Of a stretch of DNA of 30,117 bases, positions 8,175 through 17,509 are shown in pieces. The position numbers were made by a program, and so were the translations under genes. Positions within the stretch are counted from its first letter, which is position 1. Each line of letters opens with the position of its first letter. The notes beneath the pieces were generated by a model, which had not been told where the DNA came from, did no database searches, and was given only the letters and a program-made list of their open reading frames with translations. This stretch comes from Cyanobacteria bacterium P01_A01_bin.123. Its GTDB lineage: Bacteria > Cyanobacteriota > Cyanobacteriia > Phormidesmidales > Phormidesmidaceae. The stretch spans positions 1-30,117 of the forward strand of contig JBCBZT010000072.1 of NCBI GenBank assembly GCA_039815185.1, read 5' to 3'.

Positions 8175-9188
8175 CTACGACAGTAGGGAAACTCGGCTAC
8201 CGGCCAAACAATTGGTGAGATGTTGGTGCAGTTGTAGGGGGTTCAACTGGCGACCGATGAACACCAGTTGGTTTTGGGGTGTCGTTTTCCAGGGTTCGGG
8301 GCTAACGCTGCACCGTTTGCCGCTGAGCTGAAAGATGTGACTTTCCTCGTCCTCTTCGAACCAAAGAATCCCTTTAGCCCGAAACACGGTGGCGGGCAGC
8401 TGGGTCGTCAAAAAATGCTCGAATTGGGTCAGATTGAAGGGGCGATCGCTTTTGAAGGGCACCGAGACAAATCCATCCTGGGGCAGGTGGGTCGATGCCC
8501 CAGGCCAAGTCTGCTCTGAGGAGTCTTCTGTGAGCAGCACGGCAGGTGGCGCGGTCAAACCAACATCCAGTAAAGCTGAAAGCGGCAAATCATTAGACTT
8601 TGTCGTCAGCGAACACCGCAGGAATCGGGCCTGCTCTTTGATACTTTGAATGTAGGCTTCTAACTCGGTCAGTTTTGACGCTGGCACTAAATCGGCCTTG
8701 TTTAGCAAGATGATGTCGCCATAGACCAACTGGCTGAGAGCCGCAGTACTGTCAAAGTGGTCTTCTGTAAAGGCTTCCGAATCGACAACCGTAATGACAG
8801 AATCCAGATAGGTGAATGTCCTCAACTCTGTACTCAAAAACGTCACCATGATCGGTAGCGGGTCGGCCAGTCCTGTGGTTTCCACCACCAAATAGTCCAT
8901 CCGCTCTTCCCGTTCCAGCACGGCATACACGGCATCCACCAGGCTGTCATTGATGGTGCAGCAGATGCAGCCATTGCTCAGCTCCACCATGTTTTCTTCT
9001 GCCGACACCAACAGCTGGCTATCGATATTGATATCACCAAATTCATTCACCAGCACCGCCACCTTCAACTCTTGGCGATTGGTCAAAATGTGGTTCAGCA
9101 ATGTGGTTTTACCGCTCCCCAAAAATCCGGTAATCAGGGTCACAGGCATACCCCGTTTGGGAATCAATTCTGATAGTGAAGCGGTCAT
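8175..9188 (-). CDS. Second COG0523/CobW-family GTPase, without His tract
   Basis: GFLGSGKTT, NEFG, GCICC and NKAD; start set at ATG 9188 (track ORF extends to 9263). Confidence 0.93.
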   Translation of the reverse strand: MTASLSELIPKRGMPVTLITGFLGSGKTTLLNHILTNRQELKVAVLVNEFGDINIDSQLLVSAEENMVELSNGCICCTINDSLVDAVYAVLEREERMDYLVVETTGLADPLPIMVTFLSTELRTFTYLDSVITVVDSEAFTEDHFDSTAALSQLVYGDIILLNKADLVPASKLTELEAYIQSIKEQARFLRCSLTTKSNDLPLSALLDVGLTAPPAVLLTEDSSEQTWPGASTHLPQDGFVSVPFKSDRPFNLTQFEHFLTTQLPATVFRAKGILWFEEDEESHIFQLSGKRCSVSPEPWKTTPQNQLVFIGRQLNPLQLHQHLTNCLAGSRVSLLS

Positions 9189-9287
9189 GGTATCGGCCTC
9201 AAAACGGTGGATTAAGTTGCCATCTCCTCTGGAGATGGCGGGGTTGTTGGGTGGATAACGCATCCAGGGTTCGAGTCATGGGCCAGG

Positions 9288-10127
9288 TTAGGAGGTCAGA
9301 ACACGAGCAGTCGGAATGAGAGCGGCCAGCAGAAAAATTCCTAGTTGCACGGTGACAATGCTGGGGCCGGAGGGTAAATCAAACAGCGCTGAAAGGAGCA
9401 TGCCGATGACCGCGCTGACCGCGCCCAAGCCAGCGGAGATAAGGATGTAGTGGGTGAATTTACGGCTGAGCAGACGAGCAGTACAGGCTGGAATGACGAC
9501 AAAGGCACTGATCAGCAAGACGCCGATCGCCTTGATAGAAATGCCCACCACTAGGGAGAGAAGCACAATGAAGGCCGTGCGCTGGGCCGAGACGGAAACA
9601 CCCCGAGCAATCGCCATCGGTTCATGTAGGGTGAGGAGAATTTGCGATCGCAGCGTTAAACCGATAAACCCCGCGCATACCCCCAACAGCACAGCGCTGA
9701 AGATCAAATCAGCGGTTTGCACGGCTAGAATATCGCCGAACAGTAAATGAGTAATGCCCCCCTGATACTCGTCCCGAAAGCTAAGCAGAATAATGCCCAC
9801 TGCCAGGGACGACGAATAAATGATATTCAACAGGGCATCGGTCCAGAGGTGAGTCCGTTCCAGAAAATAGGTCACGCTTAGGGCAAACAACACCGCAAAG
9901 GGCAGCAGTACCCAAGACGGATTGAAGCCCAGTAGTAGCCCAATACTGATGCCCAGCAGGGCGGAATGCCCTAGCGCATCGCTGAAAAAGGAAAGCTGCC
10001 GGAGAATGGTAAAACTGCCCAGTAAGCCCCCCATTAGCCCGGTCAAAACGCTGCCCATGAGGGCCCGCTGCATGAAGGGCAATTGAAACAGTTCGATAAC
10101 GCGAGTGAATTCAGCCTCAATGGTCAT
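9288..10127 (-). CDS. znuB: Zn ABC transporter permease (ZnuB/ABC-3)
   Basis: FMQRAL, FFSDALGHSALLG, LLFGDILAV and PSGPSIV; the true start is probably ATG 10127 because the upstream extension is znuC remnant. Confidence 0.92.
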   Translation of the reverse strand: MTIEAEFTRVIELFQLPFMQRALMGSVLTGLMGGLLGSFTILRQLSFFSDALGHSALLGISIGLLLGFNPSWVLLPFAVLFALSVTYFLERTHLWTDALLNIIYSSSLAVGIILLSFRDEYQGGITHLLFGDILAVQTADLIFSAVLLGVCAGFIGLTLRSQILLTLHEPMAIARGVSVSAQRTAFIVLLSLVVGISIKAIGVLLISAFVVIPACTARLLSRKFTHYILISAGLGAVSAVIGMLLSALFDLPSGPSIVTVQLGIFLLAALIPTARVLTS

Positions 10128-10303
10128 GATGGTGAGGAAGTTGGCAGGTGTGATGATAGAAACGAAATTCGACCCATAGGCCAGGGACAACTGCTCTGGA
10201 GAGAGGGCATGGTCAGGGGTGCCCTGGCACAGCAGCGTCCGGTTAATACAGAAATCCCACGGTACACCGTTAATCCATTCACCACTAAGACCGGATCGTT
10301 CAA
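10117..10303 (-). pseudogene. znuC: Zn ABC ATPase pseudogene with large internal deletion
   Basis: TTG-NDPVLVVNGLTVYRG (ATPase N-terminus) is joined out of frame to CINRTLLCQGTPDHALSPEQLSLAYGSNFV, then YHHTCQLPHHHDH* (ZnuC C-terminus). Walker A/B are absent. Confidence 0.8.
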
Positions 10304-10338
10304 GCGCTAACGCTTGACTGCACCGAGAACATCACCGA

Positions 10339-11526
10339 TTAGAATCGCAAACCCACGCGCTGCGGCATCATGGCTACGGGTTGGGGTAGCCAGAGGGGCA
10401 ACCATGCTTGGTTGGAATCCTCAAAGCCTGCCACGAGGTTGTCGGCATTTTGGCGCATGATGGTGAGGTAGTAGTCGGGCTGCACGGCTTCGGAGGCACC
10501 CGTTTCGAGGGGATCAAACACACTGACGCTGATATCTAGGTCGCCCGCGATCGCCTCAAAAGATTCCTGCCCCGCCTGGGGTTCCGTCAGGATCGTTTTC
10601 AGCCCTTCTGCCTGCACCGTTTCCATCACCCGCTTCACATCTTCAGGTGAAGGACTTTCTTCGGGAATGCCCACCAATGTTTCGGACTGCAGCCCATAGC
10701 TGTCGGCAAAGTAACCGGCGAAGTCATGGAAAACCACGAAGGTCTGCCCTTCAAAGGGAGCCAACTTTTCGGTAATATCTGCGTCCAGGGCTTGTAGGTC
10801 AGCGATGAACGCCTCAGCATTAGCCGTATATTCTGCTTCGCCTTCTGGATCAGCGGCAATCAGTCCATCGCGAATATTCTCCACTTGCTCGATCACCCGC
10901 TTGGGGTCTAGCCAGATGTGCGGATCGAATTCACCATGGGCGTGAGCGTGGGCGTCTTCTTCAGCGTGGTCATGCGCTTCGCCCTCAGCGTGGGCTTCGC
11001 CTTCGGCATGGTCATGCTCCTCACCTTCAGCATGGTCATGCGCCTCACCTTCAGCGTGGTCATGCGCCTCACCTTCAGCGTGGTCGTGATCGTGGTCATC
11101 AGCACTGGCAAGGGTAGCAATGCCTTCGCTGGAATCGATAATCGCCAGCTCAGCATTTTCCGCGTTCTCAATCATGTCATCCAGGAAGAATTCCATCTCC
11201 AGACCATTTTTGACCAGCACATCGGCATTTGCGATCGCCTGAGCATCGCCCGGTTTGGCCTGATACTCGTGGGGGCCTACGTTCGTTGGCAGCAGTTGCA
11301 CCACCTCGGCGCGATCGCCTGCCACAGCGGTCGTGAACTGGGTAATGGGCAAGAATGTCGTTACCACCTGCAGCGGATCTTCTGGGGCTGCGGCAACTTC
11401 TGATTCTGGAGACTCCGCCTCAGTGGTGGTTGGGGGCGCGGCACAACTGCCCAAGCCGAAAGCGATCACCCCCACCGCACCCCAGGCAGTTCGCTGGATC
11501 GCTGTTTGTAAAAACTGTCTAGCCAT
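10339..11526 (-). CDS. znuA: Zn ABC transporter substrate-binding lipoprotein with His/acidic loop
   Basis: Lipobox LGSC, GPHEY, DPHIWLDP, FHDFAGYF and DPLE; HDHAEGEA repeats. Confidence 0.93.
   Translation of the reverse strand: MARQFLQTAIQRTAWGAVGVIAFGLGSCAAPPTTTEAESPESEVAAAPEDPLQVVTTFLPITQFTTAVAGDRAEVVQLLPTNVGPHEYQAKPGDAQAIANADVLVKNGLEMEFFLDDMIENAENAELAIIDSSEGIATLASADDHDHDHAEGEAHDHAEGEAHDHAEGEEHDHAEGEAHAEGEAHDHAEEDAHAHAHGEFDPHIWLDPKRVIEQVENIRDGLIAADPEGEAEYTANAEAFIADLQALDADITEKLAPFEGQTFVVFHDFAGYFADSYGLQSETLVGIPEESPSPEDVKRVMETVQAEGLKTILTEPQAGQESFEAIAGDLDISVSVFDPLETGASEAVQPDYYLTIMRQNADNLVAGFEDSNQAWLPLWLPQPVAMMPQRVGLRF
10935..11100 (-). repeat. 24-bp coding tandem repeat encoding HDHAEGEA in the ZnuA loop
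   Basis: Repeated CGCCTCACCTTCAGCGTGGTCATG-like units on the + strand; about 5 imperfect copies. Confidence 0.85.
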
Positions 11527-11576
11527 GGCTTACCGTCCTTGGGGACAACATAGACAACACGAATGCGATAAAAAAT

Positions 11577-11591
11577 TGAGAATGATTATCG
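11577..11591. promoter_or_regulatory. Zur box
   Basis: TGAGAATGATTATCG matches the cyanobacterial 7-1-7 consensus TGATAATnATTATCA with 2 mismatches, 50 bp upstream of znuA. Confidence 0.85.
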
Positions 11592-11656
11592 TTTCTAACA
11601 AATTTACACCATATCACTATGAGTCGTTGCGATTCAATCCAAAGAAATTTTGAAGC

Positions 11657-11815
11657 CTGCCGATCATGGATGAGTAGGATACGCCCATTACTTGCTGCCC
11701 AGGCTAACATAGCCGGATCGTCTACTTCTCGCAGACCAACATCCTGAGCTCGAAGCAAATCCAGATTGGGGTGACGCAGCAGTAATCCCCGAACGATGTC
11801 GCCATTGAAATTTTC
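11657..11815 (-). pseudogene. DUF5615-family PIN-like protein fragment
   Basis: ENFNGDIVRGLLLRHPNLDLLRAQDVGLREVDDPAMLAWAASNGRILLIHDR; both ends are missing. Confidence 0.75.
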
Positions 11816-12032
11816 GGTAGAGCTAAAGGCTCAGGGTGAAATACCACTAGTGTGTAGCCATGAATGGGGCCATGCTTTACGCCGTTGCGATCGCCTGTTG
11901 ATCTTGAACCGCCGCCTGATCGCCAACGACATCTCGCAGGCGGTGATGACGTTGGCGAATATTCAGCAAGCCCATGGCGAAAATATTCAGCCTCCTTTAA
12001 GTGTCAAAGCGGAAATGCCATTCTTTTGTTAA
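11814..12032 (+). pseudogene. C-terminal remnant of a Mn/Zn ABC ATPase
   Basis: ELKAQG..LVCSHEW....CDRLLILNRRLIA....VMTLANIQQAHG aligns by eye with the C-terminus of the intact ATPase at 14820-15545. Confidence 0.75.
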
Positions 12033-12042
12033 GCGCGTAGAC

Positions 12043-13170
12043 TTATGGGATTTCGCGTTGTCCTTTGAGATAACAATGGCAATTAGGCTTCTCAATCAAC
12101 GTCGTCACCAGTGAATTCAGGGCTACGGCTGCTAACAGTCCTCCTCCCTGCGTGCCTTCAGTGGTAATAAACGGTACGCCACTGTGCTGTAAACGCCGCT
12201 TAGCGGCGGGGGCATGGCTGAATCCGATCGGCAGACCAATCACGAGCGCTGGCTTTAATTGTTGCGCTTGAATCGCGGCACAGGCAGCCATCAAAGCTGA
12301 GGGGGCATACCCAATCACCAAGACACAACCTTCTGGCAAATCATACAACCTTGATCGCCATTGGTCTTGCTGCCAAAATGTTTCCTCTGCTTCGGCAGCG
12401 CTACTAATATGAGGGTTATCAATCAGCGTTTGCACAGAGCAACCTAAATGGACTAACCGGGCTTGATCAAGAGCCGTAACCACGGCTGGGATATCCCCCA
12501 CCACAGTGCAGCCCTGCTTTAAAGCGTCACGGGCAGACTTAAGCGCATCAAAGCTTAAACGCACAAAGGGCACTAAACTGACATCACCACACGCTAAAAC
12601 CATTTGTGTGAGCAAATCGACCTCAATTTCCGATCGCTCTGACAAATCGGGCAATAAGTGCTCTAAGGCTTGCTGAAAATTCTCAGGATGATTGGGAGCC
12701 GCACAATCAAGATCATCCCAAACGCGATGGGTGGCTAACTCATTGGCCTCAACTTCTAAAATACGCAACTGTGCTAGTGCTTCGACTTGCACGGTTTGGC
12801 AACCCTGATCGCGTCCTAAGATGCCCTCCACAGCCATGGCTGTTTGCCGCAGTTGGACAAGCTGGCGCATTAACGTTTGATAATGCTGCTGCAACTGCGC
12901 CATCACCGCCATCGAATTCGGTTGCGCTTCACCCTTGGTAGCGAGCAATTGCTGAATATGACTAAGCTGGAACCCTTGTTGCTTGAGCGCTACAATGCGT
13001 CGCAAACGTTGTACATCGGCATCATCGTAAAGACGGTAATTGCCACGCGATCGCTGGGGCTGGGGCAGCAATCCTAACTGATGATAGTGACGCACCATGC
13101 GCGGCGTTACCCTGCCACCAACGGTTTCAGTCAGCTCTTTAATGGTTAACTGCTGCTTAGCCTGGGTCAT
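12043..13170 (-). CDS. coaR: CoaR-like cobalt-responsive regulator (MerR HTH fused to precorrin-8X methylmutase CobH/CbiC-like domain)
   Basis: MerR HTH (LTIKEL..VTPRMVRHYHQLGLLP..RSRGNYRLY), CobH-like IGYAPSAL/PALVIGLPIGF and C-terminal CHC; start at ATG 13170. Confidence 0.9.
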   Translation of the reverse strand: MTQAKQQLTIKELTETVGGRVTPRMVRHYHQLGLLPQPQRSRGNYRLYDDADVQRLRRIVALKQQGFQLSHIQQLLATKGEAQPNSMAVMAQLQQHYQTLMRQLVQLRQTAMAVEGILGRDQGCQTVQVEALAQLRILEVEANELATHRVWDDLDCAAPNHPENFQQALEHLLPDLSERSEIEVDLLTQMVLACGDVSLVPFVRLSFDALKSARDALKQGCTVVGDIPAVVTALDQARLVHLGCSVQTLIDNPHISSAAEAEETFWQQDQWRSRLYDLPEGCVLVIGYAPSALMAACAAIQAQQLKPALVIGLPIGFSHAPAAKRRLQHSGVPFITTEGTQGGGLLAAVALNSLVTTLIEKPNCHCYLKGQREIP

Positions 13171-13176
13171 GGGTGC

Positions 13177-13208
13177 CAACCTTAACATTTACAAGAATGT
13201 CAAGGTTG
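13177..13208. promoter_or_regulatory. CoaR operator (13-6-13 inverted repeat)
   Basis: CAACCTTAACATT-TACAAG-AATGTCAAGGTTG, 1 mismatch, 6 bp upstream of the coaR ATG; same form as the Synechocystis coa operator as I recall it. Confidence 0.85.
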
Positions 13209-13259
13209 ACTCTAGCATTTTTTGGAATGCTAATGCTGTCACCACACCATAGCTTTGCA

Positions 13260-14273
13260 CTAGGGAGCGGGTGCACATTCTCCACCCAAACCGTCAACAA
13301 TGGCGCAGGTGTTGTAAACCAACATCCCGGTATAACTCTCCCCAGGCGTACCTTCTGCCCCCAAACCGTCTGCTAGCAAGACGTTTTCAGAAATGGAGAC
13401 CCCAGCTTCGTCCGCTACTGTTTTTAAGACGCGATCGTCAGCCGTGAGTTCAGCAAAGATGATCGGAAGGGCTTTGTCACGAATGGATGTGGCTAACTCG
13501 TTAATCTTGGCGGCAGTTGGTTCATCTTCAGTTGAAACGCCCAGCAATGTGCCCTCGACGGTTAACCCATAGGCTTGGGCATAATACGACATCGCATCAT
13601 GGGTCGTAATCAAGCGGCGTTGTTCTTCCGGAATGGTGGCAATTTGCTCGGGAATCCAGGCATCTAGAGCCTCCAACTCAGCCGTCAGCTGGTCAGCATT
13701 TTCGGTGTACATCTCGGCATTGTCCGGATCAACGGCGATCAGGTTATCCCGAATCAAGGCGACCATTTCTAGGCCATTTTCAATGTCATGCCAGACGTGA
13801 GGATCGGGCTCTAATTCACCCTCTTCTTCCACTTCAATCAGTTCCTGCACCGCTTCATCATGCAAGGCGATTTTCGGGGCCTCGGAGTCAGATGCAGTCG
13901 CCATATCGATAATCGCGGGTTCAAAGTTGAGCCCCGCATAAAAGACCAAGTCAGCCGTATCGACTGCCTCCCGATCGGAGGGTGTGGCCTCATAGGTGTG
14001 GGGGTCTTGATCGGGGGGGATTAAACAGTCCAGTTGCACCGCATCCGCCGCAATTTGAGCGGTTAAATCGCAAATGACGCTATAAGATGCGACGACATTG
14101 ATCTGGGACTCGTCTGTTACATCACTAGCGGCTGTGTCAGATTCAGCGGCTGCGTCAGATTCGGTTGTGGTGTCTGAATCGTCGGGGGTTGAGCCGGTAC
14201 AACCCGCAAGACCAATCAGGAGTGCGATCGCGACCCCAAAGATTCCGTGCTTTTTCGTAAAGTATCGCTGCAT
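13260..14273 (-). CDS. Zn/Mn/Fe ABC substrate-binding lipoprotein (cluster A-I, TroA/MntC-like)
   Basis: Lipobox LAGC, DPHTYE, DPHVW, THDA and ADGLG (His/His/His/Asp ligand set). Confidence 0.9.
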   Translation of the reverse strand: MQRYFTKKHGIFGVAIALLIGLAGCTGSTPDDSDTTTESDAAAESDTAASDVTDESQINVVASYSVICDLTAQIAADAVQLDCLIPPDQDPHTYEATPSDREAVDTADLVFYAGLNFEPAIIDMATASDSEAPKIALHDEAVQELIEVEEEGELEPDPHVWHDIENGLEMVALIRDNLIAVDPDNAEMYTENADQLTAELEALDAWIPEQIATIPEEQRRLITTHDAMSYYAQAYGLTVEGTLLGVSTEDEPTAAKINELATSIRDKALPIIFAELTADDRVLKTVADEAGVSISENVLLADGLGAEGTPGESYTGMLVYNTCAIVDGLGGECAPAP

Positions 14274-14819
14274 TTTCTTTTCTGTCTGCCTATCCTTACT
14301 ACAAAGAACTGCCAGAAGCAGTGGAGATAGAGAACCACCCCACTACTAGAGACTAATGTGAATAATTAGCATTTACGACAGGTACTCATGCCTAATACAC
14401 ATGACCAGCCTGTCAGCTCAACGACTACCAGCACTCACCCAATAAGCTTCATAGGCATAAATTTTATGTTCCCTATTTCCGCGTGCCTTGATAGGCCAAG
14501 GCTATGCAATCCACACAATGCTCAGCCTGCATCAAGGTTGAGTCATCAATGCCTAGAGGAACCCCTCAAACGCTAGACATTTATATCATTAACCTATACA
14601 CTTGTGTCAATCTTTTAATCGGCTTATCAATAGAAATTTTCAGTAAGAGGCATTTCATTTGATTGAATTGCCTCGGTACGTCAGTCCAGTCTTGACTCAG
14701 GTAGTTACTTGTTACGTAGCTGCTCATTGAAAGGTTCTCGCGATTGGTATTCTCTCTACCGAGTTTGTTGCCTCAATGAAGCTAATTGGGATAATGCATT
14801 TTTCTCTTGTCACAGGTTG

Positions 14820-15545
14820 ATGCCGATGCTAGAAATTCAGAACTTGTCGGTCGACTATCGAGGTACCTGCGCACTCCACAATGTCAGTTTTTTTGTACCC
14901 TCGGGTCAATTGGTGGGCATTATTGGCCCCAATGGTGCTGGCAAAAGTACGCTAGTCGAAGCAATTTTGAACTTAGTGCCTGTGGCGCAAGGGGTGATCC
15001 GGTTTAAGGACATGCCTCTGAAGCGCCAGCTTATTCAAACCGCCTACGTCCCCCAACGCTCTGGCATTGATTGGGATTATCCAGTCACTGTCTGGAATGT
15101 AGTGATGATGGCGCAAACTATTCAGGCTGGACTCTTTAAGGGGTTTCGTCGTCAGGCGCGACATCTGGCCCGCACCGCACTTGAACGGGTGAATATGTAT
15201 GATTTGCGCGATCGCCCCATTGGCGAATTGTCGGGCGGTCAGCAACAGCGAGTGTTTCTTGCTCGCGCCCTGGCCAAAGAAGCGGAGCTGTTAATTTTTG
15301 ATGAGCCTTTTACGGCGGTTGATCGCAAGACCGAAGACATCATTTTTGATATTTTTCAGGAATTGCGGGCAGAGGGCAAAACCTTACTCGTCATTAACCA
15401 CGATTTGGGCGATTCGTTGGCGATTTATGATCAACTGCTACTGCTCAACAAGCGGTTGATTGCCCAAGGGACACGGCGTGAAGTCGTCACCTCCGACAAT
15501 TTAGAACGGGCCTACGGTCGGGGCCTCGCCAGAGTTTTCGCTTAA
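14820..15545 (+). CDS. Mn/Zn ABC transporter ATP-binding protein
   Basis: GPNGAGKST, AYVPQRS, LSGGQQQRVFLARAL, FDEPF and INHDL; start at ATG 14820 or 14826. Confidence 0.93.
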   Translation: MPMLEIQNLSVDYRGTCALHNVSFFVPSGQLVGIIGPNGAGKSTLVEAILNLVPVAQGVIRFKDMPLKRQLIQTAYVPQRSGIDWDYPVTVWNVVMMAQTIQAGLFKGFRRQARHLARTALERVNMYDLRDRPIGELSGGQQQRVFLARALAKEAELLIFDEPFTAVDRKTEDIIFDIFQELRAEGKTLLVINHDLGDSLAIYDQLLLLNKRLIAQGTRREVVTSDNLERAYGRGLARVFA

Positions 15546-15697
15546 GCGGTATCCGCTTAGACATCGGCATGGCTGCATCTAGGGATGACCAGAGACTTTA
15601 AGCAGACACCGTTGTGCCCCTCGATCATCCCGCTATTAAGCCGCGCCTAGGCACATCACTTTCAACCCATCAACCTTAAAAGATACGGAACCCTTCT

Positions 15698-16594
15698 ATG
15701 TTGGATTGGATTATTGAGCCATTGTCATTGTCGTTTATGCAACGTGCCCTCATGCTGGGTATTTTTCTCGGGATTCTCTGTGCAGTTGTGGGCAGCTACA
15801 TGATTGTGCAGCAGATGGGGATGTTAGCCCATGCCATTTCTCACTCGGTGATGGCGGGCCTGCCGATTGCCTATGTGATTGGCGTTGCTCTCTCGTTTGG
15901 AGCCTTAGTCGCCGGGGTAATCAGTGCCCTGGTGCTCTATTTGATTGAATCGCGATCGCGAGTGAAAACAGATGCTGCCATGGCCCTGATTTTGACGTCA
16001 TTTGTTGCCATTGGCGTCACGCTAGTCAGTGTCCTGCCGGGGGCAAATCGCATTGACTTGGTTCATATCCTGTTCGGTAATATTCTGGGGGTCACCATGC
16101 AAGAGGTGTGGTGGAGCCTGGTTGTTACCGTGATCGCCATTATCTTGGTGCGATTGTTTTTCAAAGAGCTTTTGTTTTACACCTTTGATCCGAAAGGAGC
16201 TCAGGCTAGCGGGATGCCGGTGCATTGGTACAACGCTTCACTGATTACTGCGATGACCGTGACGATCGTTGTGTGCTTACCCACGGTGGGGGCGCTATTG
16301 GTCGTTGCCTTGCTGGTGGCCCCAGCCGTAACCGCTTACTTGCTCGTCAAAGAGCTCCACCAAATGATGTGGGTGGGTTCGGTCATTGGAGCCCTCTCCA
16401 GCATAATTGGGATGTATCTGAGCTATTACTTGGATGCACCATCAGGTGCGGCGATTGTGCTCGTATCTTTTTGCTTCTTCTGTTTAGCGTTCTTCTTGAG
16501 TCCGTCTGATGGGTTATTGATTAACCTTTGGACCCAGCACCAGCGATCGAAATTGACCGATGCAGATGAAGTCGATCAAACCCTGTTGACTTAG
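15698..16594 (+). CDS. Mn/Zn ABC transporter permease (ABC-3)
   Basis: FMQRAL, HAISHS, ILFGNILGV, TFDP and PSGAAIV. Confidence 0.93.
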   Translation: MLDWIIEPLSLSFMQRALMLGIFLGILCAVVGSYMIVQQMGMLAHAISHSVMAGLPIAYVIGVALSFGALVAGVISALVLYLIESRSRVKTDAAMALILTSFVAIGVTLVSVLPGANRIDLVHILFGNILGVTMQEVWWSLVVTVIAIILVRLFFKELLFYTFDPKGAQASGMPVHWYNASLITAMTVTIVVCLPTVGALLVVALLVAPAVTAYLLVKELHQMMWVGSVIGALSSIIGMYLSYYLDAPSGAAIVLVSFCFFCLAFFLSPSDGLLINLWTQHQRSKLTDADEVDQTLLT

Positions 16595-16772
16595 GGCATC
16601 GCACCCCGCGATTTATTCTCATTGGAAAGCCGCATTCCTAGACGTTGTACCGACGTCAACTCAGGGGAGATGAGCCTCAATGAAGCTGACCTATTTCCCA
16701 GATACCGATACCCTCTACATTGATCTCGCTGATCGCCCTAGCATGGCATCAGAAGTGGCGAATGATAAAGCG

Positions 16773-17507
16773 TTAAACTGTCCCAAACCCCTTCCCTTGA
16801 GTACCATAGCGTACCGTTCTAAAACTCACCGCATTGGTGTAAGGGCTGTATAGCGTGTAAGCTGCTTTCCCTGGTTCCCTGCCAACACTACCGACACCGA
16901 TAATTTGGCGATCGCGCACCGTCTGCGTCATCGTTTGAGCTGGAGCATCCAGCGTTGTGATTGTAGACGTCACCGCCCCTTCCGGAATTTGCAATTGAAA
17001 CGCCAGCCCCGACCGCCCACAGAATAGGGTGTTGGCCTCTGCTCGTAGCAGTCGATCCAGTAGTTGCATCGGCGGCGTTTCCGGTGTCAGCTTGTCGTTG
17101 CAGCCCACCGTACTGCCGTGAATCAGCAGACAATCTAGCTCAAAAAAGCCAAAATCCAGCGATCGGAGCCACTGCACCGTTTCGCGGGAAACGGACTGCC
17201 AAAATTGTTCAATACCTGTCGAACCGATCTGATCCAGCAATTCTTTGGCCTCCGGGTCACTGCCCAGTCCATACAGATTGAAGCACTGCTCCTCCCACCA
17301 GCCAATGCAGACTTGCGGTTCTAGCTCGCCCCTGGGCGGCTGACGCACCTGTTGCACCAGTGCCTCACAGTGCGGATGCAGGCCAATTAAATCGCCTAGG
17401 ATATACAGCGCTTCGACCTGACCGCGTAGGCGCTTGATATCAGCCAACACGGCTTTGTATGCGGGGAGATTGCCGTTAATGCCAGAAAGGATTGCCCAAT
17501 GGGTCAT
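16773..17507 (-). CDS. Calcineurin-like metallophosphoesterase-fold protein with degenerate metal motifs
   Basis: LSGINGN, LGDLIG, IGWWEE, IHGS, FCGRSG and GSVG; paralog of the upstream gene. Confidence 0.85.
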   Translation of the reverse strand: MTHWAILSGINGNLPAYKAVLADIKRLRGQVEALYILGDLIGLHPHCEALVQQVRQPPRGELEPQVCIGWWEEQCFNLYGLGSDPEAKELLDQIGSTGIEQFWQSVSRETVQWLRSLDFGFFELDCLLIHGSTVGCNDKLTPETPPMQLLDRLLRAEANTLFCGRSGLAFQLQIPEGAVTSTITTLDAPAQTMTQTVRDRQIIGVGSVGREPGKAAYTLYSPYTNAVSFRTVRYGTQGKGFGTV

Positions 17508-17509
17508 GC

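Noticed and set aside
6231..11403. Met/Val- or Thr-rich ORFs overlapping the His-rich genes (e.g. 6256-6654, 6231-6494, 10918-11403)
   Set aside because: These are antisense or alternate-frame shadows of His/Asp codon repeats; the other short overlapping track ORFs were dismissed for the same reason.
14274..14819. ManR box, Zur box or Mn riboswitch in the long divergent intergenic region
   Set aside because: I could not find a convincing match to any of these by eye, so regulation of this ABC system is unassigned.
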